A stretch of 64,000 nt of DNA from Candidatus Bathyarchaeota archaeon (GCA_963832745.1 CAWHVC010000003.1:480001-544000), one strand, 5' to 3'; numbered from the stretch's first letter, positions 27,632-37,782 are shown. The notes: generated from the letters alone by a model not told the origin. Made by a program: numbers and translations.

Positions 27632-28591
27632 TTGCAAATGACCAACTATGATGAGAGACACTGCCATAAATGGGCACTATTGCTGGCAGAACGAAAAAAC
27701 AAGCTAAACCAAGCACAAACAGCAATAAACACAGGCGACTTTGAAGCGGCTAAGCAGTTATTGAACCAAATTTTTAACGGTAAAATGGGCAAAGACGCTG
27801 ACCCCGGCATGGCTGGTTCACTCTTGTACCATATGGCTATGGTTAGCAAAATGGAGTCAGAAAGCCAAGTCCTGCTCGATGAATTAAAAGTCAAGCAACC
27901 TGAAATAAATTCAAATCTTAACAAACTTTACGACGACTTTTATGTCGACGCTAAAAAACTCACACAAAATGTAATGCAGTTAAACTATGATGCAAACGTT
28001 ATAGCACAAACAAAGCATCTTAACAGCGAAGAAAAAATTGCGCTTTTCACGGACCTAAAACAGAGATTAAAACAAGTTGAAACCCAATTAATTACCAAGG
28101 ATCCCAAAGCAGCCCAAGCATTAGAGCAACTCTTTGACGACTGGGCTCAGCAGGTTGTCTTGATGCGGTTTATCCAAGAGTATGAGACAATCAAAGGTTT
28201 GCTTGTATTAACAGAACTCGTTAAAACTTTTGGCTACGAAAAAATCGAGCAAGCAATGCAAAAGGTCAAAGATGAGTTCGGCCAAAAAACAGTCAGCATC
28301 GCACTCGATGTAACACTCAAAGTGGGTATGCGCCGAGAAAAACTCCAATCTGTTATGCTTGCCGACCACTATATCAATATGGTCATGGATGGCTCAACAC
28401 TTGACGGCAAAATGGAGTTCCTCAACTGTCCCATCCACGGCGGTCACCTTTATGCCCAAGAAAAATGTGGCGTTGACCCCAAAGTATCAACGTTGTTCTG
28501 TAACAATTTCTGCTTTGCCCACGCCAAAGCCATGCTCGACACTGTCTTGCCTTTCCCATTTCACACTTTGGCAGCCAAAACTGATGGGTAA
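27632..28591 (+). CDS. N-terminal part of a probably frameshifted radical SAM fusion (helical region plus Cys-rich domain)
   Basis: Helical protein ending in NCPIH...FCNNFC. The domain appears to continue in another frame after about 28560. Confidence 0.65.
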   Translation: MQMTNYDERHCHKWALLLAERKNKLNQAQTAINTGDFEAAKQLLNQIFNGKMGKDADPGMAGSLLYHMAMVSKMESESQVLLDELKVKQPEINSNLNKLYDDFYVDAKKLTQNVMQLNYDANVIAQTKHLNSEEKIALFTDLKQRLKQVETQLITKDPKAAQALEQLFDDWAQQVVLMRFIQEYETIKGLLVLTELVKTFGYEKIEQAMQKVKDEFGQKTVSIALDVTLKVGMRREKLQSVMLADHYINMVMDGSTLDGKMEFLNCPIHGGHLYAQEKCGVDPKVSTLFCNNFCFAHAKAMLDTVLPFPFHTLAAKTDG

Positions 28592-29756
28592 AGACGGCGT
28601 CTGCGAATACTACCTCAAACTCGCCTATTCACCAGAAGCAAAAACCCAAGAACGCTACGTACCCTTAGTAATGTCCTACAACGTAACCCGCGAATGCAAC
28701 ATGAAATGCAGCCATTGCTACATCAACGCCACAGATAAAAAACTTGCAGATGAATTAACTACAAAAGAAGCAAAAGAAGTGATCGACCAAATTTACCAAG
28801 TCAGCAGCCCACTGCTTATCCTTAGCGGTGGCGAACCACTCATGCGTTCAGACATCTACGAACTCATCGAATACGGTGTCAAGAAGGGCTTAAAGATTGG
28901 GATAGGAAGCAACGGTTACCTAATCGACGACACGGTAGCAAAGAAACTCAAGGATGCAGGAGTCGCCACTGTTTCAATCAGTTTAGACTCAAGCATTCCA
29001 GCACAACATGACGAATTTCGTGGAGTGTCCGGGGCTTGGGAGAACGCAATAAACGCCTGCAAAGCGTTGCGAAAACATGGTGTGCTAGTGCAGGTTAACA
29101 CGACATTAACGCATGACAATTATGATCAAATTGATGACATCATGACGCTAGCTGAATCTGTTGGTGTTGAGAACTTCCACTTGTTCTTCCTTGTACCAAC
29201 AGGACGCGGCGTCAAGTTAACTGACATTTCTCCTGAGAAATATGAGGAAATGATAACCAAAACGTTTGCTAAAGTTCACAAACACCGGCTTAATGTAAAG
29301 CCTTCATGTGCGCCGCAGTTTATGCGTATTGCGCAGGGAATGGGTTTGGACATGAGACAATGGATGCGTGGCTGTTTAGCTGGTATGCATTACTGCCGTA
29401 TCTACCCTAACGGCGACGTTACCCCTTGCCCTTATCTGCCAATTAAACTTGGCAACCTCAAAGAACAAAGTTTCAAAGATGTATGGTTTGACTCTGAAGT
29501 CTTCAAAAACCTTAGAAACGTATCCTGTCTAACAGGTAAATGTGGTGAATGCGAATATAAAGTAATTTGTGGCGGCTGCAGGGCAAGAGCATATGGGCTT
29601 TCAGCTGACTTTATTGATTACTGTGGCGATTTGCATGTGCCTACTGAGGCTAAAGGCGACTACCTAAAAGAGGACCCGTGGTGTGTTTATCAGCCGGGTG
29701 CTTCTAAAAACGTGAACACTCCAAAAGGTCACCCACACAACGTGCCAAAACGCTAA
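28560..29756 (+). CDS. Radical SAM/SPASM domain, AhbC/AhbD/NirJ-like (C-terminal part)
   Basis: CNMKCSHC, LSGGEP, ISLD, CAPQF, GCLAG, PCPYLP and GKCGECEYKVICGGCRARAY. Confidence 0.88.
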   Translation, partial: FTLWQPKLMGKDGVCEYYLKLAYSPEAKTQERYVPLVMSYNVTRECNMKCSHCYINATDKKLADELTTKEAKEVIDQIYQVSSPLLILSGGEPLMRSDIYELIEYGVKKGLKIGIGSNGYLIDDTVAKKLKDAGVATVSISLDSSIPAQHDEFRGVSGAWENAINACKALRKHGVLVQVNTTLTHDNYDQIDDIMTLAESVGVENFHLFFLVPTGRGVKLTDISPEKYEEMITKTFAKVHKHRLNVKPSCAPQFMRIAQGMGLDMRQWMRGCLAGMHYCRIYPNGDVTPCPYLPIKLGNLKEQSFKDVWFDSEVFKNLRNVSCLTGKCGECEYKVICGGCRARAYGLSADFIDYCGDLHVPTEAKGDYLKEDPWCVYQPGASKNVNTPKGHPHNVPKR

Positions 29757-29920
29757 GGGGGATTTTAGGTTGTAATGGCGTTTTTTATGCCATTAAATGT
29801 TAACTTTTTTATTCTTTAATCAGTTTAAGGTTAATGCAAAAGTCGGTAAACTCATTAGCAGAATAGTAGGTTTAAGCTAAAACTATTTAAGCGAAGGCGG
29901 TCTTTTCAAAAATTCATTGT

Positions 29921-30131
29921 TGCCGGCTTAGGCGGCTTGGTATCCCGGTTAAATATGGAATTAAAGGGTAACTGTGGACCGCCAAACAGGCAAAAAGGTC
30001 TGGAGGCCTATGGTTGAAATATGTCCACGTTAACCCAAACAAAGAAGAAGCTTTCACAGCGCAGGCTTCACTGTTGCAAGCAAACGATGCTCTACTCCAT
30101 TTTTTGATTAATACGCCTGTCTTCTTCGGCA
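29921..30131 (+). ncRNA. Candidate structured leader RNA upstream of the MgtE-like gene
   Basis: Terminal pairings TGCCGG/TCGGCA and AGGCG/CGCCT; internal stem 29966-29979 with 30023-30036; TATA-like TTTAAG near 29886. Confidence 0.4.
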
Positions 30132-30160
30132 GAACCTAACATTTTTTCGGAGGCGATAAA

Positions 30161-30814
30161 ATGTCACATGCAGGAATTTCTAAAGGTGCCATTTCTCTTT
30201 TCAAAGAAACGTCTGTAGCTTACTTTTTTGATATCGCCGGGTTAATCGCTGGATTTTTGGTTGCATATCAACTGGGTGTTTTTCAGCTTTCACCATGGGC
30301 GTTGGCGCTTTATCCTGCCTTAATTAGCACAAAAGTTATCAGTGGACTACTTAGTGGCAGATTAAGCACTGCTTTGCATCTTGGTACGATATATCCAAGG
30401 TTTACTGGAAACACGAGATGCTTCTACAAACTGGTGGACGCTGTAATTGTGCTTACACTTGCAACTAGCCTGTCAGTAAGCTTGATTTCACTGTTTATAG
30501 GCAGCCTCTTTTGGGGTGTTACTGTTGTTGATTTTTCATCAATTCTTATCGTGATGATATCAACACTTGCCATCGGATTATTTTTAACATTATTAACGCT
30601 TAAAGTTGCGTTTGTCTCGTTTAAAAGCGGTTTAGACCCCGACATTTTAGTTTACCCAATAATGTCCACTGTAGTAAGCATCTTGATTACTCTATGCTAT
30701 ATCGGTGTACTCAACCTTTATTTCCTAACCAATATTGGACAATTTCCTTTACTTGTTGTGTGCATGCTTCATGTATTTCTGGCCCTATATCTTGCTCATC
30801 AAAGACCGTCATGA
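30161..30814 (+). CDS. MgtE-like divalent cation transporter, first membrane domain (frameshifted fragment)
   Basis: SGRLSTALHLG and GLDPDILVYP motifs; multiple TM helices. Confidence 0.8.
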   Translation: MSHAGISKGAISLFKETSVAYFFDIAGLIAGFLVAYQLGVFQLSPWALALYPALISTKVISGLLSGRLSTALHLGTIYPRFTGNTRCFYKLVDAVIVLTLATSLSVSLISLFIGSLFWGVTVVDFSSILIVMISTLAIGLFLTLLTLKVAFVSFKSGLDPDILVYPIMSTVVSILITLCYIGVLNLYFLTNIGQFPLLVVCMLHVFLALYLAHQRPS

Positions 30815-31358
30815 ACCAGAATTCAAAAAAACAATGCGGGAATCTTTGGCAATGATGCTTTTCTTCTCATTTATGATAACCCTCACGGGAACTGTTTTCA
30901 GAAGTCTAAGCAACTTCACCACTCAAGAAAAAGAAATTTACACAATTTATCCTGCTTTAATCAACTTGGTGGGTGATGTCGGTTCAGTGGTTGGTTCTAC
31001 TGCCACAACAAAACTCGCCTTAGGCTTACTTACGCCAACTTTTTCTTCACTTAAACATCATGCCAAAAACGTTTTCACCGCTTGGCTATCTTCCTTTTTG
31101 GTTTTCACTCTTTTAGCATTAATTTCATTAGCAATCAACCAATCTTTCATGTTTTCAAGCGTTGTTGATTTCCTTGTGATTATCTGGATTTCCAACATTA
31201 TCTCCGTAATCGCTATTATGCTGATATCTTACGGCGTTTCAATTTTAACCTTCAAGCGTGGATTAGATCCAGACAATTTTGTAATTCCAGTTGAGACTTC
31301 GCTTGCCGCCCTTGTAACTTCAATTGCCCTGCTAGTTGCCCTGCTAATAATGGTTTGA
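30789..31358 (+). CDS. MgtE-like transporter, second membrane domain (continuation after frameshift)
   Basis: GDVGSVVGSTATTKLALG and RGLDPDNFVIP; overlaps the upstream fragment out of frame. Confidence 0.8.
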   Translation: MLLIKDRHEPEFKKTMRESLAMMLFFSFMITLTGTVFRSLSNFTTQEKEIYTIYPALINLVGDVGSVVGSTATTKLALGLLTPTFSSLKHHAKNVFTAWLSSFLVFTLLALISLAINQSFMFSSVVDFLVIIWISNIISVIAIMLISYGVSILTFKRGLDPDNFVIPVETSLAALVTSIALLVALLIMV

Positions 31359-31418
31359 TTTGGGAACAATATTAAATATGTCAAACCTAAATACACTGTT
31401 TGGAGCGACCTATACGGT

Positions 31419-32621
31419 ATGCCTCGCTTTGAAAAATTAGAATACAAACCAATTCCAGTAAGAGAACTTTTACTCGAAATGAAAAACCTCTCCGAATTAA
31501 TGATTGATTTAGCATACTCCTCAGCGTTATATGACGACCACGATTTAGCTCAAGACGTACTATCTCTTGAAAGCCGAATCGACACCTTATCTTATCTTTT
31601 GGAAATGGAAATCATGGTCGCAGCCCGGGACCCAAAAGACGCTGAAGACATGGTCGGCATTTCGATAGTTGCTTCAGCAACAAACAAAATTTCTGATGCA
31701 GCAGGCGACATAGCGGCTATAGTTACACGAAACATAGGAATACATCCCATTGTAAGAGAAATTTTTGAAAAAGTTGAAGAACGCCTAATGAAAGTAACCG
31801 TTAAAGATGGTTCAGAAATTATTAACCAACAAATCGGCGACTTAGATCTTGCAGCGAGGATGGGTGTTGATATTCTTGCTATAAGGCGGAATCATGATTG
31901 GATACTAAACCCTGATGATAATGAACGCGTTTTTAGAGGTGACGTTCTAATCACCCGTGGCGCCTCCATGGGCATTAAAGAATTCCATGACATCGCTGAA
32001 GGTCAACTTGCAACTTTACCTAATCATGAACTAGAAAAATTCCGAGAAATCGTTAACCGGTTCGTAGAGTTAAAAGATAACTCAGAATTAATGATGGCTT
32101 TAGCCTACTCTGCTCTTCTGCTTAATAACCGGGAGCTAGCAGACGAAGTTGAACGTCTTGAAGAAAAGGTTGACCAGTTACATACTGAATTTGAGCTTTT
32201 GGCATTGAAAAGTGACTTCAAAAAAGAAGAAGCTTCAGGTTTCCTTGGGTTAATCAGGCTGGGCGTAGCCACAGAAAAAATCGCTGATGCTGCAACTGAA
32301 ATGGCCGAAGTTGTACTACGCGGCGTTGAACCTCACCCTGTACTAAAACTTACTATTGCTGAAGCTGAAGAGACAGTGACACAGGCCTGCGTTACAAACG
32401 ATTCCATGTTGGTTGGTAAAACCCTGAAGGAAGCCCGTGTTCATGAACAAACTGGCATGTGGGTCTTAACTATTAGACGTGGAGAGAAATGTTTACGACC
32501 GCGGGCTGATACGCAGATTCAGGTTGGAGATGTCTTGATTGCTTCAGGCTATGCTGACGGCGCTGATGACCTTAAAGTGCTAGCTTCTCCACAGATGGCT
32601 TGCCAACTTGAAGAAGACTAA
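31419..32621 (+). CDS. Tandem PhoU-like/TrkA-C (RCK-C) domain protein
   Basis: Duplicated unit MKNLSELMIDLAYSS / LKDNSELMMALAYSA, each followed by TrkA-C (ILAIRR, VLTIRRG). Confidence 0.88.
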   Translation: MPRFEKLEYKPIPVRELLLEMKNLSELMIDLAYSSALYDDHDLAQDVLSLESRIDTLSYLLEMEIMVAARDPKDAEDMVGISIVASATNKISDAAGDIAAIVTRNIGIHPIVREIFEKVEERLMKVTVKDGSEIINQQIGDLDLAARMGVDILAIRRNHDWILNPDDNERVFRGDVLITRGASMGIKEFHDIAEGQLATLPNHELEKFREIVNRFVELKDNSELMMALAYSALLLNNRELADEVERLEEKVDQLHTEFELLALKSDFKKEEASGFLGLIRLGVATEKIADAATEMAEVVLRGVEPHPVLKLTIAEAEETVTQACVTNDSMLVGKTLKEARVHEQTGMWVLTIRRGEKCLRPRADTQIQVGDVLIASGYADGADDLKVLASPQMACQLEED

Positions 32622-32705
32622 TTTTTGCGTCTGTTATTTTTGGGACGCACAATATTTTTACTTTTAAGTTTGACACTTTAGAAAGTAAATTAGGAGATTA
32701 CCTAT

Positions 32706-33077
32706 TTGTCGACGACTCTGCAAGAGACTGACCCTGCACTTGTCACCTCAACAGAATCCGAACCAAAAGCTTTGGATGCTGAAGAAGTTACAACGATAGC
32801 TACAACCTTTCTGAAACGAATAGGTCACCGAGGCCCATTGAACCCTAAACGTGTCTCTGTAGAAGAAGACCTTTTCACTGTTGAAGTGGAAATGAAAAAG
32901 TTTTCTGCAACAGTAAAAATCAGTGCTTTAAACCGTGAAATACGGGAGTACGATGTTCAACCTAAAAGCGAAGAAGCGCCATCCTCATTTTCGCCCAAAT
33001 TGATTATGACTGTAGTGATAGTGTCTGTGATTGTTTGTGTAGGTTTGTATTTCGGATTTAAAATGTTGGGTCTTTAA
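32706..33077 (+). CDS. Hypothetical protein with C-terminal TM helix
   Basis: 123-aa ORF after a GGAG RBS; hydrophobic C-terminus. Confidence 0.7.
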   Translation: MSTTLQETDPALVTSTESEPKALDAEEVTTIATTFLKRIGHRGPLNPKRVSVEEDLFTVEVEMKKFSATVKISALNREIREYDVQPKSEEAPSSFSPKLIMTVVIVSVIVCVGLYFGFKMLGL

Positions 33078-33146
33078 CCTTTGAGAGCGTTAGATAAAAT
33101 AGAGTAAAAAAATTTTAGAATTAAAATGTTAAAAGAGAAAAGTTGA

Positions 33147-33464
33147 TTATTTCTTTTTCTTAGCGATTTCTTCTGGAGCAGTTTCTTCTTTCTTGTCCTC
33201 GATTTCTGTTGTGATTTCTTCGATTGGCTTTGGAGGGGGTGTAGTTGCCATTGTCCATCCGATCCATGCGCCTATGAACATTATTGCGACAAAGGCGATG
33301 AAAACTGGGACTGCGATTACCCAGAACTGGACGTTAGCGGTGCTGCCGAGTAATCCAATGGTGACTAGCCAATCAGGATAGAAGAGTGTAACAATGTAGA
33401 ATACAGCAACGAGAACACAAACGAGTAGTATTGCTCCACCTATAGCTTGATCTTTGCTTACCAT
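33147..33464 (-). CDS. Conserved archaeal two-TM protein
   Basis: Two TM helices and a WIGWTMATTPPPKPIEE motif with a charged tail. Confidence 0.8.
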   Translation of the reverse strand: MVSKDQAIGGAILLVCVLVAVFYIVTLFYPDWLVTIGLLGSTANVQFWVIAVPVFIAFVAIMFIGAWIGWTMATTPPPKPIEEITTEIEDKKEETAPEEIAKKKK

Positions 33465-33542
33465 TTAGTGATTCACCACTTTATAGCCATTGTAATAGCT
33501 TAATCCATTTAAAGTTTGTCATGAATTCAAGAGTAGTTCTGC

Positions 33543-34799
33543 TTAGGTTGTCCCCATCTCCCAAGTGGACAAATACTTTTTCTGTTCATCTGTCAACTCG
33601 TCAATGGTCACACCCATGCTTTTGAGTTTTAACTCAGCAACTTTTTCATCAAGTTCTTTTGGCACCGTGTAAACTTTAGTCTCCAATTTTGTACTTTTAG
33701 CAATATACTCTGAGCATAATGCTTGATTAGCAAATGACATGTCCATAACCTCTGATGGGTGGCCTTCTGCAGCTGCCAAGTTGACTAGTCTGCCTTCGGC
33801 AAGCAGGTAAAGGTGTCTGCCGTCTTTCAGAGTGTATTCTTCCATGTTTGGTCGCATCGTGCGTTTTGACTGTGTGAGTGATTCGAGATCTGGAATGTTG
33901 ATTTCAACATTAAAGTGACCACTGTTACACATAATGGCGCCGTCTTTCATTTTTTGCATGTGCTCTTTACGTAATACGCTTATGTCACCTGTGGCTGTAG
34001 CGAATATATCCCCGATAGGTGCTGCCTCAGACATTGGCATAACGCGGTAACCGTCCATAACTGCTTCTAGGGCACGGGTTGGTTGAACCTCTGTTACTAT
34101 CACGTTAGAGCCTAGACCTCGTGCACGCATAGCTATGCCTCTGCTACACCAGCCGTATCCGCCGACAACAAAGTTTTTACCTGCAAGCAACACTGACGTT
34201 GCACGTAGTATCCCGTCTATTGTGCTTTGGCCCGTTCCATAGCGGTTGTCAAAGAGGTATTTTGTGTATGCATCATTGACAGCTATGATTGGGTATTTTA
34301 GGCTGCCATCCTGTTCCATGGCTTTTAGTCGAACTACACCCGTAGAGGTTTCTTCGGTTCCGCCTTTGATGTCTTTTATTTGGTTTTGGCGTTTACTATG
34401 AAGCATGCCAACGACATCTGCGCCATCATCCATGGTTATGGTTGGCTTAAAATCAAGAACTTTATCGATGCATTTGTAGTAGTCTTCTGTGTTTTGTCCT
34501 CTCCAAGCGAAAACGTGAACGCCGCTGTCTGCTAAAGCTGCGGCTACATCATCTTGGGTGGAAAGTGGGTTAGAACCACATAAGGCAACGTTGGCGCCTC
34601 CTGCAATGAGAGTTTTGATTAAGACGGCGGTCTCTTTTGTTACGTGAAGGCAAGCCGCTAGGGTTTGTCCTTGTAACGGTTTTTCTTTTTCAAAGCGTTC
34701 TTTGATTATGTTAAGGACTGGCATGTGTTTTGATGCCCATTCAATTTGTAAATGGCCTTGTGCGGCTAATGATTTATCTTTTACTTGGAATTCTTCCAT
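33543..34799 (-). CDS. ahcY: Adenosylhomocysteinase
   Basis: [38 protein letters not shown] and [11 protein letters not shown]. Confidence 0.97.
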   Translation of the reverse strand: MEEFQVKDKSLAAQGHLQIEWASKHMPVLNIIKERFEKEKPLQGQTLAACLHVTKETAVLIKTLIAGGANVALCGSNPLSTQDDVAAALADSGVHVFAWRGQNTEDYYKCIDKVLDFKPTITMDDGADVVGMLHSKRQNQIKDIKGGTEETSTGVVRLKAMEQDGSLKYPIIAVNDAYTKYLFDNRYGTGQSTIDGILRATSVLLAGKNFVVGGYGWCSRGIAMRARGLGSNVIVTEVQPTRALEAVMDGYRVMPMSEAAPIGDIFATATGDISVLRKEHMQKMKDGAIMCNSGHFNVEINIPDLESLTQSKRTMRPNMEEYTLKDGRHLYLLAEGRLVNLAAAEGHPSEVMDMSFANQALCSEYIAKSTKLETKVYTVPKELDEKVAELKLKSMGVTIDELTDEQKKYLSTWEMGTT

Positions 34800-34935
34800 T
34801 AGGGTTTGCACCTTTGTTTATGGGTGATGCAGTTTACATATTTAGTTTTATCCCTTATACTAGGCCAAGTGGTTAGAGTCGGTTTTTTTGTTAAGATTTA
34901 AATGTTTAATCCCTATTTTTTGTTACAACTAACTG

Positions 34936-36048
34936 GTGACTGTTATGAGTGATGCTGCCGCTTTGAATCTTTCACATGATGCTGTTCTTCAGTACATGCG
35001 TTCTCTTTACGGAGAGAAAGTTGAGGTCCAACGAATTTGGCGTTTAGGTGAAACACCTGGAACTGCTGCTGACTTGAAAGGTTTCGGTTATGGTTACCCC
35101 TATGTTATAGAATTCAAGCACGAAGGCAAAACTCGACGAGTTGTTTTAGAGACAATGCGTCCTGGAGAGGGCTTCGGACATGACCATTTCTCTGACCGGG
35201 CTCAAGTTTTAATCTGGCAAAATTCAGCTTTCAATAAGCTGCCCAAACACGTGCATTCGGTTGATGCAGGCTGCTTTGAAGATACTGGCAAACTAGTTTC
35301 TGTTGGTAGAGGCAAAGAATACTTTATTTTAACAGAATTCATTGAGGGAAAACTTTACCATTTAGACCTTGATCGATTAAAAGAAACTGGCGCAATGAGC
35401 GAGCTTGACGAGAATCGGTGCGTAGCTCTTTCAGATTATCTTGCTGAAATCCATAAATCACGTCACAGTTCAGCTGGTCTGTATGTTAGACGAATTCGCG
35501 ACTTAGTTGGTCATGGTGAATGCATTATGGGCCTTCTTGATAGTTATCCTAAAGAATTCGCTTATGTTGATAAATCCTACTTTATCGATGTTGAGAAAGC
35601 CTGTGTAGAATGGCGCTGGAAACTAAAAGAACGCACTCACCGTCTAAGCCAAGTGCACGGCGATTTCCATCCATGGAACATTCTTTTCCGTGAAGGTGTC
35701 GACTTTACAGCGCTTGATCGCAGCCGTGGTGAATGGGGCGAACCAGCAGACGACATTGCAGCATTAACTATAAATTACCTCTTTTATTCTCTTCAAAAAT
35801 ATGGTGAACTGAGCGGCGTTTTTGACAGGCTGTTTAAGCTTTTCTGGGAAAACTATTTGCAGAAAACTCATGATTCAGAAGTGCTTGAAGTAATACAACC
35901 ATTCTATGCTTGGAGAAGCCTTGTTGTTGCTTCACCTATATGGTACCCCAACTTGAGCGTTGACGTCCGTGTTAAACTGTTGAACTTTGCACAAAATGTG
36001 CTGCGGCGTGACCGTTTCAATGTTATGGATGTAAACTCTTACTTCTAA
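34936..36048 (+). CDS. Aminoglycoside phosphotransferase / choline kinase-like protein
   Basis: HGDFHPWNIL catalytic loop, ALDRSRG and GEPADD. Confidence 0.85.
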   Translation: MTVMSDAAALNLSHDAVLQYMRSLYGEKVEVQRIWRLGETPGTAADLKGFGYGYPYVIEFKHEGKTRRVVLETMRPGEGFGHDHFSDRAQVLIWQNSAFNKLPKHVHSVDAGCFEDTGKLVSVGRGKEYFILTEFIEGKLYHLDLDRLKETGAMSELDENRCVALSDYLAEIHKSRHSSAGLYVRRIRDLVGHGECIMGLLDSYPKEFAYVDKSYFIDVEKACVEWRWKLKERTHRLSQVHGDFHPWNILFREGVDFTALDRSRGEWGEPADDIAALTINYLFYSLQKYGELSGVFDRLFKLFWENYLQKTHDSEVLEVIQPFYAWRSLVVASPIWYPNLSVDVRVKLLNFAQNVLRRDRFNVMDVNSYF

Positions 36049-36132
36049 TACTTCCTTTTTTTGACATATTACCGCTTAAACATGCAACATTATATACGTG
36101 TAGCCATAACTTGTTTTGGAGAGTATGCCTGA

Positions 36133-36246
36133 ATGGAAAACGATGTTGAATTGGCTCAGTTTTTGCGTGAAATGGGTTACTCAGAAGCTATTGTTGCAAA
36201 AATAATTGATTGGTACTTAAAAGACCACCCAGAAATTTCAACTTAA
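36133..36246 (+). CDS. 37-aa small protein not in the ORF track
   Basis: MENDVELAQFLREMGYSEAIVAKIIDWYLKDHPEIST; GGAGAG and a TTATATA box upstream. Confidence 0.6.
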   Translation: MENDVELAQFLREMGYSEAIVAKIIDWYLKDHPEIST

Positions 36247-36344
36247 CAGTTTTTTAACCCGCTTAATATTTAACTTGAAACCTAAATAAACAGGTAAACT
36301 TAAACAAGGCTTAGTATTTACCCTTATCTAGTGGAAGGCAACAT

Positions 36345-36890
36345 ATGATTAAGACTTCTGGCTGGTGTATTTGGATAACTGGTCTTCCGGGAAGCGGCAA
36401 ATCCGTGGTTTCCCGAGCCCTAATAGAGCTTTTAAACAAAAAAGGCATTTCTGTTCAAATGTTATCATCTGATGAACTTCGCAAAACTTTAACTCCAAAA
36501 CCAACTTACAGCCTTGAAGAGCGAGACATCGTTTATGCCACCATGGTTTACATAGCTAAACTGCTCACGCAAAACGGCATCAACGTCCTAATCGATGCTA
36601 CTGGCAACCTTAGACGTTACCGCGATGATGCACGGGCACAATTGCCCCGTTTCATTGAAGCCTACATTGAATGTCCCTTTGACGTGTGCATGCGACGTGA
36701 AGCCGAACGAAAAGAAACCTACAATGCTCCAACACAAATTTATCAAAAAGCCCTGCAAAACAAGGCATCAAGCACCGTTCCAGGAGTCGGTCAACCCTAT
36801 GAAGAACCCTTAAACCCTGATGTGGTAGTGAAAAATTTTACGCTTACCCCTCAAGAGTCTGCACAACAAATTTTTGAGGCAATAAAATGA
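36345..36890 (+). CDS. Adenylyl-sulfate kinase-like P-loop kinase
   Basis: IWITGLPGSGKS, DELRK, FIEAYIECP and VPGVGQPYEEP. Confidence 0.85.
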   Translation: MIKTSGWCIWITGLPGSGKSVVSRALIELLNKKGISVQMLSSDELRKTLTPKPTYSLEERDIVYATMVYIAKLLTQNGINVLIDATGNLRRYRDDARAQLPRFIEAYIECPFDVCMRREAERKETYNAPTQIYQKALQNKASSTVPGVGQPYEEPLNPDVVVKNFTLTPQESAQQIFEAIK

Positions 36891-36898
36891 AAAAATAA

Positions 36899-37528
36899 TT
36901 ATTTTTTGATATAGTCAAGCACTGTCTTGGCTTGTTCAGCAGAAATTTTTCCGTTTTTCTGCAATGAAGTGACTACTTCTGACACTTTAGCTAAAGCATG
37001 TACAGTGTAGCCTGCTTTTTCTAAGTTTTCTTTGCCCCCTTGTTCCCGATCGACTATGACCAGTATGTGCTTAACTTCTGCTTCAAGTTCTAAAAGAGGT
37101 TTAATTCCCTCAATCTTTGACAACCCCTCGCTGACAACATCATCAACAAAAAGGATTTTGTCGCCTCTTTCCACGTCTGCGCCTGCTATTCTGCCGGTTA
37201 CTCCATAGGCTTTTTCTTCCTTGCGTACAATGACGCATGGCAAGTTGGTTTTGCAGGAGATACCTGGTACGATTAATGCGCCTTTTAGTTCAATTGAAGC
37301 AAGCTTGGTTAATGGGTTAGTGTTGCTGATTTCGCTGATTTTTTGGGATGCAATCTCCGCTATTATGCATAGTTCTTTAGGTTTTGAGAGCAGCTTTGCC
37401 ATGTCAATGTAATATGGACTTAACGCTCCTGATTTAATTTTGAACGAGCCAAATTTTATACATCTTGATTCATAGAGTGCATTTGCAACTTTGTCTATAG
37501 ATGAATCCATGTTTTTTCCCAACGACAA
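36899..37528 (-). CDS. pyrE: Orotate phosphoribosyltransferase
   Basis: KFGSFKIKSGALSPYYID, VRKEEKAYG, FVDDVVSEG and IVDREQGG. Confidence 0.93.
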   Translation of the reverse strand: MSLGKNMDSSIDKVANALYESRCIKFGSFKIKSGALSPYYIDMAKLLSKPKELCIIAEIASQKISEISNTNPLTKLASIELKGALIVPGISCKTNLPCVIVRKEEKAYGVTGRIAGADVERGDKILFVDDVVSEGLSKIEGIKPLLELEAEVKHILVIVDREQGGKENLEKAGYTVHALAKVSEVVTSLQKNGKISAEQAKTVLDYIKK

Positions 37529-37782
37529 AAAATGGGAAATAGCAATTTAACCCTTTACTAACTAACACAATAATTATGAACCAAAAATATTAAAAAACCC
37601 GCGATTTTTTCTAGATTAAATTTTTGCAAACGATAATTTAGTTTTGTCTGGGGTTTTAATGGTAAGAGATAATTATGGGTTTGTCATTTGTTTTTACTTA
37701 GAGTTTTGCACTGTTTAAGTTTTTTAATGGTAACGTTTATAACTGTATTTTATATTTGCTAAAGGCGCGAAGCGGAAGTACA

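Noticed and set aside
10332-29800. Integrated mobile element downstream of tRNA-Ser
   Set aside because: The genes look accessory, but no integrase, transposase or direct-repeat att site was found.
29921-30131. SRP RNA, RNase P RNA or M-box riboswitch
   Set aside because: Their signature motifs were not recognised on either strand; kept only as an unknown structured RNA candidate.
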